Shown: positions 10,856-20,282 of the stretch, in pieces
How the letters are laid out: each line of letters begins with the position of its first letter
Position numbering within the stretch: position 1 is the stretch's first letter
Origin: Carpediemonas membranifera BICM
Lineage: Eukaryota; Protista; Fornicata
Length of the DNA stretch: 64,000 bases
Direction of reading: 5' to 3'
Assembly (NCBI GenBank): GCA_019828565.1
Contig: JAHDYR010000007.1
Span: 853,333-917,332 of the forward strand
Position numbers and translations under genes: made by a program
The notes under the pieces: model-generated
Told to the model about the DNA's origin: nothing
Seen by the model: the letters and a program-made list of their open reading frames with translations, nothing else
Database searches by the model: none

Positions 10856-11560
10856 TTATTCCTTCGCCGGCCGCCTGCTGTTCGCAATGGCATTGTCGTA
10901 CCGCTCCTTCTGCCTCCGCAGGATATCGTACTTCTTCGCCTCCATCCTCTCGCTCGCCGCCGTGTTCGATTCTGACCAGCCCTGGAGCCGGGTACGAACC
11001 TCAGCACGCACAGAACCGCGGGCTACACGGCGCTCCTCCTTCTGGGCTTTGTCCTTTGCTATTTCCGCCTGGAAGCCCTTGGGTTGCAGGGCAAGGCGCT
11101 CCTTGTCGGAAATGAACGAGGGAGACTGGGGTGCTTGCATTGATATGCGTTCGAACGTGTTCGTATTCATTATTTCAGCGCGTGTGATTCTATGTGGCTT
11201 CGGAGAGGGCTCTGCTGTGATAGGAGACGAAGATGTTCCGTTCTTTGCCCTTGGAGGCTGCTCAAGTGTTGAAGAAAGTCTATTCTGGCGTTCAATAGGC
11301 GATGTAACTGCGAAATCCTGCCGTTTGACTGTCCTAGTCGGTGATTCAAGATGCACCATCCCGTTCGTTCGGTCTGAGCAGAATATGGTTTGCCGCTGAA
11401 TACTGCCGTTTTGAGTCATTCCGCGCCGTATGCAGACATTATGTCTATGCAAACCCCATGTACTCCTTTCCTGAGGCTCGACTGGCCCCAGGACATAACC
11501 TGCGAAATGATCGGCTACAGTTCGGAATGACATAAGACTTGAGCAAGCACGGCTATCCAT
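10856..11560 (-). CDS. Hypothetical protein with C-terminal coiled coil
   Basis: 234-aa ORF with a charged helical C-terminus. Start uncertain: it lies only 20 bp from the divergent cyclase ATG. Confidence 0.55.
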   Translation of the reverse strand: MDSRACSSLMSFRTVADHFAGYVLGPVEPQERSTWGLHRHNVCIRRGMTQNGSIQRQTIFCSDRTNGMVHLESPTRTVKRQDFAVTSPIERQNRLSSTLEQPPRAKNGTSSSPITAEPSPKPHRITRAEIMNTNTFERISMQAPQSPSFISDKERLALQPKGFQAEIAKDKAQKEERRVARGSVRAEVRTRLQGWSESNTAASERMEAKKYDILRRQKERYDNAIANSRRPAKE

Positions 11561-11580
11561 ACCATCATCTTATCTTATAG

Positions 11581-14418
11581 ATGACAGTTTCTTCGTTGAT
11601 TCGAGAGAAATCCTCACAAACCTTCAAACTCTGCGCACATGGCATTGCCACCATCAGGTGCACCGAACGCTGCGCGCATCGCTTCATATGCAACAGGAAT
11701 CGGCGCGTATTCTGGCACCAACTTGCCCTAACCATCATTTCTATCGTATTCGGCTGCATCTCTATTCTTATGATGGCCTTCGTCGTCAAGCCCACCATCA
11801 CTCACATCGCCCTGTCCTTGACGAAGTGTGTCTGTCTGCTCCTCATCATCCCCATAGACGTGTTCTTCTACCGTCACAGACTCCGACTGGTCGCCTTCTA
11901 CATATGCATCAGTCTGTTTGGCTTCTTTTCAGCAATCCGCACTGTCTTCGTTCTCCACACCGACAGCGGCAACCACTGGGACATCAGCACGTTCATGCAC
12001 ACAGCGCTCTTCGTCTTTGTGGCATTCCAGGCGTGGCTCATTCCCATCCACCATCTCGCCGTTGCCGGGCTGTCGTACATTGGCATTCAGCTCCTGCCTG
12101 TCGTAATCGCATGCATATTCCGTGATGCCAGCAGCTCTATGATGATCGGCTTAGTCTACCACATCCTGGTGCTGTATCTGTCTGTCTGGCTGGGCACCCG
12201 TTTGAACGTCGCCATCCGCACGGGTTGTGAGTACACTAAAATGCTCGCCACCCTCACTGAGCAGCTACAGCGACAGCACAGCACCATGGCATCCCATCTG
12301 AAGGCTCTGATCCCCTCTCGCATCCTCCGCCGGCTCGATGGGGCCGAGTCTTCTGTTGTCGAGTGCTACAGCGAGGCCATCATCATCTTCGTGAGCATCG
12401 TCTTCGACCGGGAGCGAATGGATATAGAGGAGTACGTGAAGACGCTCAACCAGTGCGTTGCAGCTATCGAGGACTTTTCAGAGAGCTTTGGTGTTGAGCG
12501 GATCAAGACGGTCGAGTCAAAAGTTATGTTATTCTGCGATACGGCCAAGATTGTCGAGATTTATACATTTTTACACGCCCTAACAGACATGTTCCGCACC
12601 ATTTACGCCCCCCTCACACTCAAGGCCGGCGTCTCCGTCGGGCCCGTATCTGGCGGTGTCATCGGTAGGCTCAGGTTCCAGTACGATGTCTGGGGCACGG
12701 TGGTCAACGCAGCAGCTCGCATGGAGGCGCTAGCTAGACCTAACACCGCTGTCTTGACCGAGGCGGCGTACGCCACCGCCCGAGGACCGCTACCCGGAAA
12801 CATCGCCACGCAGCTCGAGCCGATCGACGTCAAGGGCCTGGGAGTGCTCAGGCCTTGGGTTCTGAGCCTGTCTAAGTTCCCAGCGATCCAGGAGGAGATC
12901 CACCACAGCACGTTGTCAGTAACTGCCCCCACGCGACACCCCTCTGTCGGCTCGACCGCTTCCATGTTCGATTCATTGTCGGAGCGATCCCTCGGCATTC
13001 TTGCTGGGGAGTCACAATCGTTCATCCAGGAGGAGGATGACAAGTTCGCCCTCAACTGGCGCCTTACCTTCGCCGATCGGTCCATCCGCGCCAAGTACTA
13101 CCAGCACACCTCTGCTGCCACCCCCAAGGTATACGCTGCAGTATTCCTCCTTGGGCTATTCATGTGGTTCATAGTCCATGCATTCGAGGCGTGTTTTTAC
13201 TCCAGTGGCTCGGCCGATGCGTTCATACTAATACTCGTCGTTATGCCTGGCGTGGTCGTTCTAGCCTTGTACACGGTGGCTTTAGTCGCGCTGGTCCTCG
13301 TACTCGGCACGCGACACTCGACCACAGCAGCAGGAATCCTGTACACCATATTCTACGTCACCGTCCTATACCAATATCTGCTGGTACTCAAGATCCACGG
13401 GACAGTGTCAGACTCCCAGGAAATGGTCCATTCGATGATCGCCCAATCCTCGATGACTCTGGTACTGTTCACAGGGCTGGTTCGAATATTCGACTTCACC
13501 TCAGGACTGACCACTTTGATTGTCTCCATATCTGGCTATATCATCCTTCAAATCTCCTGTGGTGCGACAGTCGGCTGGGCATCCCTTTCCCCCGAAACAG
13601 CTGTGGTCGACCTGGCACTGTTCCCCGTCGTTGTCGCGATGACGTTCAAGAATCGTCTCCTTCGTTCAGTACTCCTCTTTCAACTGACTGAGAAGGCGCA
13701 GGCTGTGGAGCATGACGTACGAGCCATGGCTGGAGGCAAGCGGCGTTTACTTGACCTGATTTACCCCAAGAGTATATCAGACACAGTGATCTCCGGCAAG
13801 CCCTACGTCCCCCAGCTCTTCCCGAGCGTCGCCGTGCTCTTCTTCGACATCGTGGACTTTACCCGCACGGCCGGCATGCAGACGTGTTCAGAGACTGCCG
13901 CGATGCTGAACTGGCTCTACCGCATGTGCGATAAGGAGGTCGCCTCGATGGCCGGGCTTCGAGTGAATAAGATTTGCACCATTGGGGACGCCTACATCGC
14001 TGCGTGCGGGGCACCTGAGCCGTCTTCGTCGCCTGTGGTGCCGCTCATTCGCCTGGCTCATGCGATTATCGACTTTCTCGAGTCGCCTGAGAACGGCGAG
14101 TTCGCCGGCCTACGGTGCCGCTTCGGTCTTGCCTTTGGTGAAGCTGTAGGTGCGGTGATGGGACGCGACTGCCGCTCGATCTTCGACCTCTTTGGGCCCG
14201 CGGTGCGTGAGGCGGAGCTGATGGAGACAACGGGCTTGCCCAATAGGGTGCACATCAGCGGGCCGGCCCTTAAGGTGTGGAAGGGCACTGATCCGAAGTC
14301 GATGGTGGACTTCGCGTTCTTCAAGCGGAGTCCGAATTTGGAGGGGCACGAAGGCAAGCACAGGGGCTTTATCGTGAAGCCAAGGGGTGGGATCGCTGTA
14401 GATAACCATAAGAACTGA
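11581..14418 (+). CDS. Membrane class III nucleotidyl (probably adenylyl) cyclase, TM-C-TM-C architecture
   Basis: Two multi-TM blocks are each followed by a cyclase domain. Domain 1: VERIKTVES...GVIG..RFQYDVWGTVVNAAARME. Domain 2: VLFFDIVDFT...KICTIGDAY...FDLFG...METTG..NRVHIS. Confidence 0.88.
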   Translation: MTVSSLIREKSSQTFKLCAHGIATIRCTERCAHRFICNRNRRVFWHQLALTIISIVFGCISILMMAFVVKPTITHIALSLTKCVCLLLIIPIDVFFYRHRLRLVAFYICISLFGFFSAIRTVFVLHTDSGNHWDISTFMHTALFVFVAFQAWLIPIHHLAVAGLSYIGIQLLPVVIACIFRDASSSMMIGLVYHILVLYLSVWLGTRLNVAIRTGCEYTKMLATLTEQLQRQHSTMASHLKALIPSRILRRLDGAESSVVECYSEAIIIFVSIVFDRERMDIEEYVKTLNQCVAAIEDFSESFGVERIKTVESKVMLFCDTAKIVEIYTFLHALTDMFRTIYAPLTLKAGVSVGPVSGGVIGRLRFQYDVWGTVVNAAARMEALARPNTAVLTEAAYATARGPLPGNIATQLEPIDVKGLGVLRPWVLSLSKFPAIQEEIHHSTLSVTAPTRHPSVGSTASMFDSLSERSLGILAGESQSFIQEEDDKFALNWRLTFADRSIRAKYYQHTSAATPKVYAAVFLLGLFMWFIVHAFEACFYSSGSADAFILILVVMPGVVVLALYTVALVALVLVLGTRHSTTAAGILYTIFYVTVLYQYLLVLKIHGTVSDSQEMVHSMIAQSSMTLVLFTGLVRIFDFTSGLTTLIVSISGYIILQISCGATVGWASLSPETAVVDLALFPVVVAMTFKNRLLRSVLLFQLTEKAQAVEHDVRAMAGGKRRLLDLIYPKSISDTVISGKPYVPQLFPSVAVLFFDIVDFTRTAGMQTCSETAAMLNWLYRMCDKEVASMAGLRVNKICTIGDAYIAACGAPEPSSSPVVPLIRLAHAIIDFLESPENGEFAGLRCRFGLAFGEAVGAVMGRDCRSIFDLFGPAVREAELMETTGLPNRVHISGPALKVWKGTDPKSMVDFAFFKRSPNLEGHEGKHRGFIVKPRGGIAVDNHKN

Positions 14419-14616
14419 CGGCTATATTATTGAGACTTGGCGGGTTGGGTCGAGTTGGTCCGTGGGGGAGTCCTTCGAAGTCTCGCGGATTCGATGGAAA
14501 AGTTTGAAATATCAAACAGCCTCGGCAACGTTCTGACGACAGAGAACACAACTTCTGACAAACATCGAAAACGATCATCATTAAATTCTGCACTAAATAG
14601 TCCCCAAGGCACCTCC

Positions 14617-15125
14617 ATGAGCTTCATCGACGCCATTAAGACGGGCCGCACGCCCGTCGTCACCCCCGAGATTGCCATTATCATGATTATTCTCAACATA
14701 TTCCCTCTCTCTGGCCTCGTTCGTTCTCATGCCCTCGTAGCAATCATTTCATTGCTGGGGATCCAGATTCTTTAACACAGGGCACTCTTATCGCCGGTTT
14801 CGCTGCTGAGGGCAAGGACAAGGACTTCATTATCATCGGCATCATTCAGCTGATCCTTGACATCCCCTTCTTCCTGATCCTCCTCCCGTTCGTCATCATC
14901 CCCTTCATCGGGCAGGTCATCTACATGGCCGGCATGGCCTGCTATGGCCTCATCCGTGTCTGCAACATCATCTTTGGCGTTTACATGGGCATCAAGACCT
15001 ATATGGAGGTCGCCGACGAGGCCCCCGTCTTTGTGGCGAACCCCATCATCCCCGTCGTCGCCACCGTGCCTGTCACTGCCCAGGACGACTGCCAGCCCTC
15101 TGCACTCCCTGCCAACAACATGTAG
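14617..15125 (+). CDS. Spec3/Stum-like small membrane protein, copy 1 (exons 14617-14718, 14781-15125)
   Basis: Splicing gives AIIMIILNIFPLSGLGTLIAG...IIIGIIQLIL, matching the Spec3/stumble pattern (LNI..PGLGT...G.LQL). It is colinear with the tandem paralogue at 15322. Confidence 0.75.
14719..14780 (+). other. Spliceosomal intron (62 nt, phase 0)
   Basis: GTTCGT...TTTAACACAG. Removal joins two ORF pieces in frame. Confidence 0.85.
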
Positions 15126-15321
15126 AGCACACCGCTTTCATAAAAGCATTCAATTTTCTCACGGACTCGGGGTGAAGCTGAGCCAAGAATCGAGCAAGAG
15201 AGGATGCTTGTGTCAGGTCATGCCTGTCTTGTGTATCTCCCGATCGGGAGTTCATACCTCGCGAGCAAGATCTCGAGATGCAGATTAGGAACACAAGCAC
15301 GACACGCATAATCGCCTCTCA

Positions 15322-15911
15322 ATGTCTTTTATCGCTGCAATTAAGCAGGGCAAGATCCCCAGTGTAACGCCTGAGGTTGCTATCATGATGATCATCCTCA
15401 ATATCGTCCCCCTTACTGGCCTTGTTCGTTTTCGGATCTTTCAGCAACTTTCCCCGCGTTTCAAAGCGTCAAGTTGCACTGATCGCCTTTAATCTTACAC
15501 ATGGCACTCTCATCGCCGCCTATGTCGCTGAACCCAAGGATAAGGACATCATTCAGCTCGGCTTCTTCCAGCTCCTGCTCGACGTGCCGTGGTTCGTAGT
15601 CCTCTTCCCGTTAATGATGATCCCCATCGTCAACATTGTCGTCCTCCCCATCTGGTACGCCCCTCCGCCTCCGCTCACACAGGTTCGCCTGCATATTCCT
15701 CTACCTCGCCATCCGACTCGCAAACTTGGTATTGGGAGTCTTCCTTGGCATCAAGACCTACACTGCTGCATCCCAGGCCCGAGGCCCGACCATGCCCCCG
15801 GCATACCCGCCCCAGCAGTACAACCCCGTCGTGCAGCCCGCCCCGAGACAGATGCCGGTCCAGGCCCAGGGACAGCCGCAGCAGTACGCACAGCCTGTCC
15901 AGTACCAGTAA
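15322..15911 (+). CDS. Spec3/Stum-like small membrane protein, copy 2 (exons 15322-15423, 15503-15654, 15683-15911)
   Basis: MSFIAAIKQGKIPSVTPEVAIMMIILNIVPLTGL|GTLIAAY...IPIVNIVVLPIW|FACIFLYLAIRLANLVLGVFLGIKTY aligns with copy 1. It has a P/Q/Y-rich tail. Confidence 0.7.
15424..15502 (+). other. Intron at the same position as in copy 1 but ending in ...CTTACACAT (non-canonical AT)
   Basis: 5' GTTCGT after codon 34, as in copy 1. Homology resumes at GGCACTCT (15503), which is preceded by AT rather than AG. Confidence 0.6.
15655..15682 (+). other. Spliceosomal intron (28 nt)
   Basis: GTACGC...CTCACACAG. Removal restores alignment with copy 1. Confidence 0.85.
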
Positions 15912-16048
15912 ACATAATGGATGATTCATTCATTCATATTCTACAGCATTCGGGCATACGACGCACCCGCTCACTGTCTGGCCGTGGCAAGAGAGGAATA
16001 CCAGAATACTGCGAGTCAACGGGAATAAGACGAGAAACACGCCGCCAC

Positions 16049-16609
16049 CTACCGCACGTCCATGTCGTGCAGGAGTCTGGCCAGACGAGCGCGGTAGTCG
16101 ACCCGGACATCGGGCACCTCCTTCTGCTTGTCCGTGAGCTCCAGGTCGTGCATCGTCAGCTGCCGCTCGACCTCAATGACTGCGATGTCCTCCATCTTCT
16201 TCTTCTTGGCACTGAGCATCTTCTCCCGTTTTGCCGTGGGGAGGAGCGCGCGCTTCAGTTGGGCGTCATAATCTGCGAATTTTCTCTCGACGTCCTTGAT
16301 GGTGTCTGATCGGAGAGACTGGCGCCGTTCGACCTTCTTAGCTTGTATATGTGCTTCTTTCGCCTTGGCTCGATGTGTGCGGCCCTGGAAGTCGACAAAC
16401 GATTGTTCGAGGCGAGAGCTGTCGAATTGGCGAACCGATTCCTTCTGTTTGAGGTCAAGGCCAGCCTTGTGGACACGTTTTAAAGCATCCACATCCCTCT
16501 CATTTTGTATTACAGCGACCAGGTCGCCGAAATCATCACTGGCGATGTCCTCCAGCGACAATTCACGGAGCTCTTGTAACATGGTATCAAATCCATTATC
16601 CTGTTGCAT
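16049..16609 (-). CDS. Hypothetical coiled-coil protein
   Basis: 186-aa charged helical ORF. Confidence 0.6.
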   Translation of the reverse strand: MQQDNGFDTMLQELRELSLEDIASDDFGDLVAVIQNERDVDALKRVHKAGLDLKQKESVRQFDSSRLEQSFVDFQGRTHRAKAKEAHIQAKKVERRQSLRSDTIKDVERKFADYDAQLKRALLPTAKREKMLSAKKKKMEDIAVIEVERQLTMHDLELTDKQKEVPDVRVDYRARLARLLHDMDVR

Positions 16610-16808
16610 GATATGTCCTAGTTATTGTGCTTATTAGTCAATATAGGAGAAAATTGGCCGCCCAGAAGACGATCTCTTCCTAAGGTTCTAAAACTGCACA
16701 CCGATCAAAAATTGATTTGATCGCCCTTGCCCTGACACCAATACAACAACCTCCCTCTAAAAGCCATAATTTATCCGTGGCTTACTATTCCGGCTCCATG
16801 GGCGCCCA

Positions 16809-17891
16809 TCACCTGATCTTCCGCTCCTGTTTCACCCGCTTCATCACCTCCTTTTTGACTGCGACCTCTTTCTTAACCTGCTTCTTCTTCCTCGCGGCCT
16901 GGTGCTTGTTCTTAGTCACTGGCGCTGTTGCTGGCGTTGTCGCCATTCCGCCGTATTTCCGCATCAGATCCTGGATGCCTCTGTCCATGTGGCCCTGGCC
17001 GGCCCGGGACTTCGCCTTGGCCTTGGGCTGGGCCTGGGGCTTCTTGGGCTTTGGCTTGCTCTTTGGTGGGTTGGCGGCGCCTGCCCGCTTGGGCTGGGGC
17101 TTCTTCTTCAACACGGCCTGAGCTTGAGCCTGTGCCTGCCGAGTTCGACTGTCCGGCCTCGAATACGAGTCGCTGCCGCGCCTTGGGTACAGCGCGGGGG
17201 CCTCCTTGGCCGCTGTCATCCGATAGTCATGAGCACCTCTGCCCCTCATTGACTGCGTGGGGCACATCGCCCAATTGTGTGTGGTCGACCCGCATAAGCA
17301 GCATGACAAGAGCTCCGCGTATGAGTTGCCGCGGTACCGCACCCGCATCCGCCTAGACTCGTCCCGGCAGAGGTGCGGCGAGTGCCCAAGCTGGTTGCAC
17401 TTGTAGCACATGATCACAACGTCCTCGCTGGGCACCCTGGGGCACCGTTCGCGGCGTGGGTGGGGGGTGAGGCACTTGTGGCACCACTGCGTGGGACAGG
17501 CGTTCGCACGGTGGTTCGACAGGCCGCAAAGGAAGCATTTCGACGCAGAGCGGTTGGGGCAGTCGGCAGCAACATGGCCGGGCTGCTGGCATACGCGACA
17601 TATGATGTCTGGCGGCTCTTCGTAGAAGCGCGTGACCTTTCGTTGGGTATTACTCGCGTTGGAAAAGGGAAGAGGCGTCTTCACATCAACCTGGGGTGTG
17701 GTGGGGGATGAAGAAGACTCCTCCTTTATCCCATCGTCGCTGGAGAGGTCGTTCTCGGGGACTGAGAAGGCATCTGAATCCTCCGCCATCTCTTCGTCGG
17801 AATCGGTGATGCTGTACTCTTCAGCACTGTTATACGCTGTACTCGTACCGTACATCGCATCGATATCATCCGCGAACTCGTCTGACGACAT
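16809..17891 (-). CDS. Multi-CCHC zinc-knuckle protein (Air1/Air2/ZCCHC7-like)
   Basis: Knuckles CRVCQQPGHVAADC, CFLCGLSNHRANAC, CYKCNQLGHSPHLC and CCLCGSTTHNWAMC, with an acidic N-terminus and Lys-rich tail. ATG 17891 chosen as start. Confidence 0.75.
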   Translation of the reverse strand: MSSDEFADDIDAMYGTSTAYNSAEEYSITDSDEEMAEDSDAFSVPENDLSSDDGIKEESSSSPTTPQVDVKTPLPFSNASNTQRKVTRFYEEPPDIICRVCQQPGHVAADCPNRSASKCFLCGLSNHRANACPTQWCHKCLTPHPRRERCPRVPSEDVVIMCYKCNQLGHSPHLCRDESRRMRVRYRGNSYAELLSCCLCGSTTHNWAMCPTQSMRGRGAHDYRMTAAKEAPALYPRRGSDSYSRPDSRTRQAQAQAQAVLKKKPQPKRAGAANPPKSKPKPKKPQAQPKAKAKSRAGQGHMDRGIQDLMRKYGGMATTPATAPVTKNKHQAARKKKQVKKEVAVKKEVMKRVKQERKIR

Positions 17892-18074
17892 TCGCGTGCC
17901 TGCGTCGATACTGCGTGAAAAAAGGAAAAGTGATTCGAGCGAGCAAATGGGACCCTGTCCGCATAGGGGGATGTGGTACGGGTCTCTTGTGAGCATGCAG
18001 TGTCCTCGCATGGCAAAGTGCAGTTTAGTTGTGCTCTATTCACACAGCAACAATTCTAGGCAGTGAGGGCAGCT

Positions 18075-18608
18075 ATGAAGGTCACTTCTGCGTTACTGAA
18101 CTCATTACATCTCAATAAGGTATATTATTTGTTGACAGGGCGAGATCTCCAGATGATTCGCGAGCTTTTCGAATGCCTCGACATAAGGCAGAAACGGCGC
18201 ATCGACGATGCTCAATTCATGGCCTTCATGAAGCACTCCTCAGACCTGAACACGAAGCAGATCTACTCTGTCTTCGACATGTTCGATATCAGCAACAACG
18301 GTTTCCTCGAGCTTGACGAGTTCTACCTCCTCATATGCATGCTCATTGCGATCAAGGACAAGCAGGAGAAGGAGTTCCTCTTCCGACATTCCAGGACATG
18401 CTTCGAGCTGCTCGACGAGGATGGGGGCGAGACGATCTCTCGTCATGAATTCATGCGTTTTGGTTTCATTTTCAACTTCAGCAAGAGTACGATCAAGAAG
18501 ATCTTCAATGAGTATGATATATCCGGAGATCACGAGCTGGACTACGAGGAATTCAAGATCTTTTGCCTGGCCGCAGTCGATAAGGAGCGCGAGAAGCGAG
18601 GGGAGTGA
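18075..18608 (+). CDS. EFCAB9: EF-hand calcium-binding protein EFCAB9 (CatSper-associated)
   Basis: Full-length colinear resemblance to EFCAB9: LHLNKVYYLL, F..F....DL...QI..VFDM.D, FYLLICML.A, F..RHSR..F.LLD, F.FN, F..YDISGD..L.Y.EFK. Confidence 0.8.
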   Translation: MKVTSALLNSLHLNKVYYLLTGRDLQMIRELFECLDIRQKRRIDDAQFMAFMKHSSDLNTKQIYSVFDMFDISNNGFLELDEFYLLICMLIAIKDKQEKEFLFRHSRTCFELLDEDGGETISRHEFMRFGFIFNFSKSTIKKIFNEYDISGDHELDYEEFKIFCLAAVDKEREKRGE

Positions 18609-19401
18609 TTATGATTGTTTCAATATTTTTACGTTAAAGATTCGTGCCAGTCGTCCCATTGCGGCGTCATAAGAGCAGGTTATCATGGCAGGTTGGGGTT
18701 AAGACAGGACTATCCTCATTCTCACAACGACCTTCCTCCAGATTGCCAGGCTCAACAAAAGTTTTTTCACAGTCACGCAGTGTCTGCCGGTATAGCTGAG
18801 CCTACCGACCCTCGGCTACCTCTACGAATTGGGGTGAATCGCGAAGTCTGTGCCAAGCATGAGGTCTAGGGAACGGATTTACAAGGGCTGTGTGTGTGGA
18901 GGGCCGAGTGATGATGTGAGTCAGTGATCGGAGTCGCTCGAGTCGTGCACGATTGACGCGGCGAGAGGTTGCCTTTTTCTTTTTTTTCTGAGGCGGTCGG
19001 CACCACTTGACCCCTGGTGTCAAGCGGGATCCCTGCGATCCCCGGGTGCTCGATCCCCGCGCCAGTAAATCCTTCCCTCGGATCGAATCGCAGGCTAACC
19101 AACTCTACAGTCTTGACGCCCTGCGGACAGCCGCCACAGGCCACGGTGGGGACAGTCCGGCATTCCAAAGCTAACAACATGTCCCATGCTTTCCCCCGGG
19201 CGTGTTACCCTGAGTGGACCCAGGGCACAGCCGCTTGATTGCCTCGCCCCGTGTTCCCAGTCCTCACAAGAGCACAGCCATGCTGTACGAGCTCGGCTAC
19301 CGGACCCGAACCTTATATCCCTGAATCTTTTCATGTGTCTCCCGATTCTGTGCCGATTATGGATCCATTTGGATCGAGTCGGCTCTGGGACGACTACAAC
19401 A

Positions 19402-19983
19402 ATGAGTGCTGCACAAGTAGTAACGGCGCCAGAGCCTTTAAGACATGCTCAGAATGGAGCAAATGATCATACATATCCATATTCAGACTCTGAAGAACCA
19501 GTGTCATCTTCTTCGGCCAGTTATCGACAAAAGGACAGTAGAACGGGTGAAAACGACGAATTCATCCCTGGAAATCAATTCACAGACTGTAGGAGAGGAC
19601 ATTCTCGGCATAAGGCACGCGGAACGCTCTTTTCACCGACACAGGTTTCTGTTTTGGTGGAAGCCTTCAAAGTATGCGACTATCCGTCCCGCACGCAGCT
19701 CTTCAACTTAGCCGAGTACCTCCGCGTGGATGTGCTCCGTGTGAAGAGCTGGTATCAGAACGTCCGAACCCGAGGCCTTCCTGGTCGCGTCGAAGTCAAC
19801 GAGCACAGGGATCCGATTTCCGAGGTGCTCAGCGGCATGGCTGTAGCGAAGCGAAAGAACGAGGTCATCGCCCATGGGATGGTTGACGCTACTTGCCAGA
19901 CTCCGGGGCTCCCTGACGGCCTGGCTGAGCTGTTCGCAATGGGACTTTTTGACGCGCTTCTTCCAAGTTCCACCCTTAATTGA
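19402..19983 (+). CDS. Homeodomain protein
   Basis: RHKARGTLFSPTQVSVLVEAFKVCDYPSRTQLFNLAEYLRVDVLRVKSWYQNVRTR contains the helix-3 W-F/Y-Q-N-x-R signature. Start uncertain. Confidence 0.8.
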   Translation: MSAAQVVTAPEPLRHAQNGANDHTYPYSDSEEPVSSSSASYRQKDSRTGENDEFIPGNQFTDCRRGHSRHKARGTLFSPTQVSVLVEAFKVCDYPSRTQLFNLAEYLRVDVLRVKSWYQNVRTRGLPGRVEVNEHRDPISEVLSGMAVAKRKNEVIAHGMVDATCQTPGLPDGLAELFAMGLFDALLPSSTLN

Positions 19984-20282
19984 GATTAGTGATTGGGCAC
20001 GATTTGCAGCAAGATACGGCGCGTGCGTTGTAAATACAGCAGACTGCATGCCCTGGCCTTCTTTTTTTATCGAACATATTTCCCTTGGTGACAAAATGAT
20101 GGAATCATTGAAGTTGACCGAGTAACGTTGCGAATATGCAGAGAAATAGAATAACAGCGCTCGGCGTACAGCCATCGTCCATCCAGGAGGAGCAGACTAC
20201 TCCAAGCAGTCCCATGACCCTGCCATCAGTGTGACCCCAACCTCAACCGACCATGTCGTTTACGAATTTATCCGTGTCTTTA

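Noticed and set aside
15422-16309. 295-aa ORF in the track
   Set aside because: A composite of intron sequence, one true exon of the Spec3-like copy 2, and the antisense of the 16049 gene.
18018-18047. Possible 30-nt intron GTGCAG...TTCACACAG upstream of EFCAB9
   Set aside because: Splicing from ATG 18010 gives an early stop and is not in frame with EFCAB9. At most it is an unverifiable 5'UTR intron.
18900-19000. Possible C/D box snoRNA (GTGATGA ... CTGA) or Pol III transcript ending at the T-run
   Set aside because: No proper terminal stem, and the guide position is poly-U. It is more likely promoter sequence of the homeobox gene.
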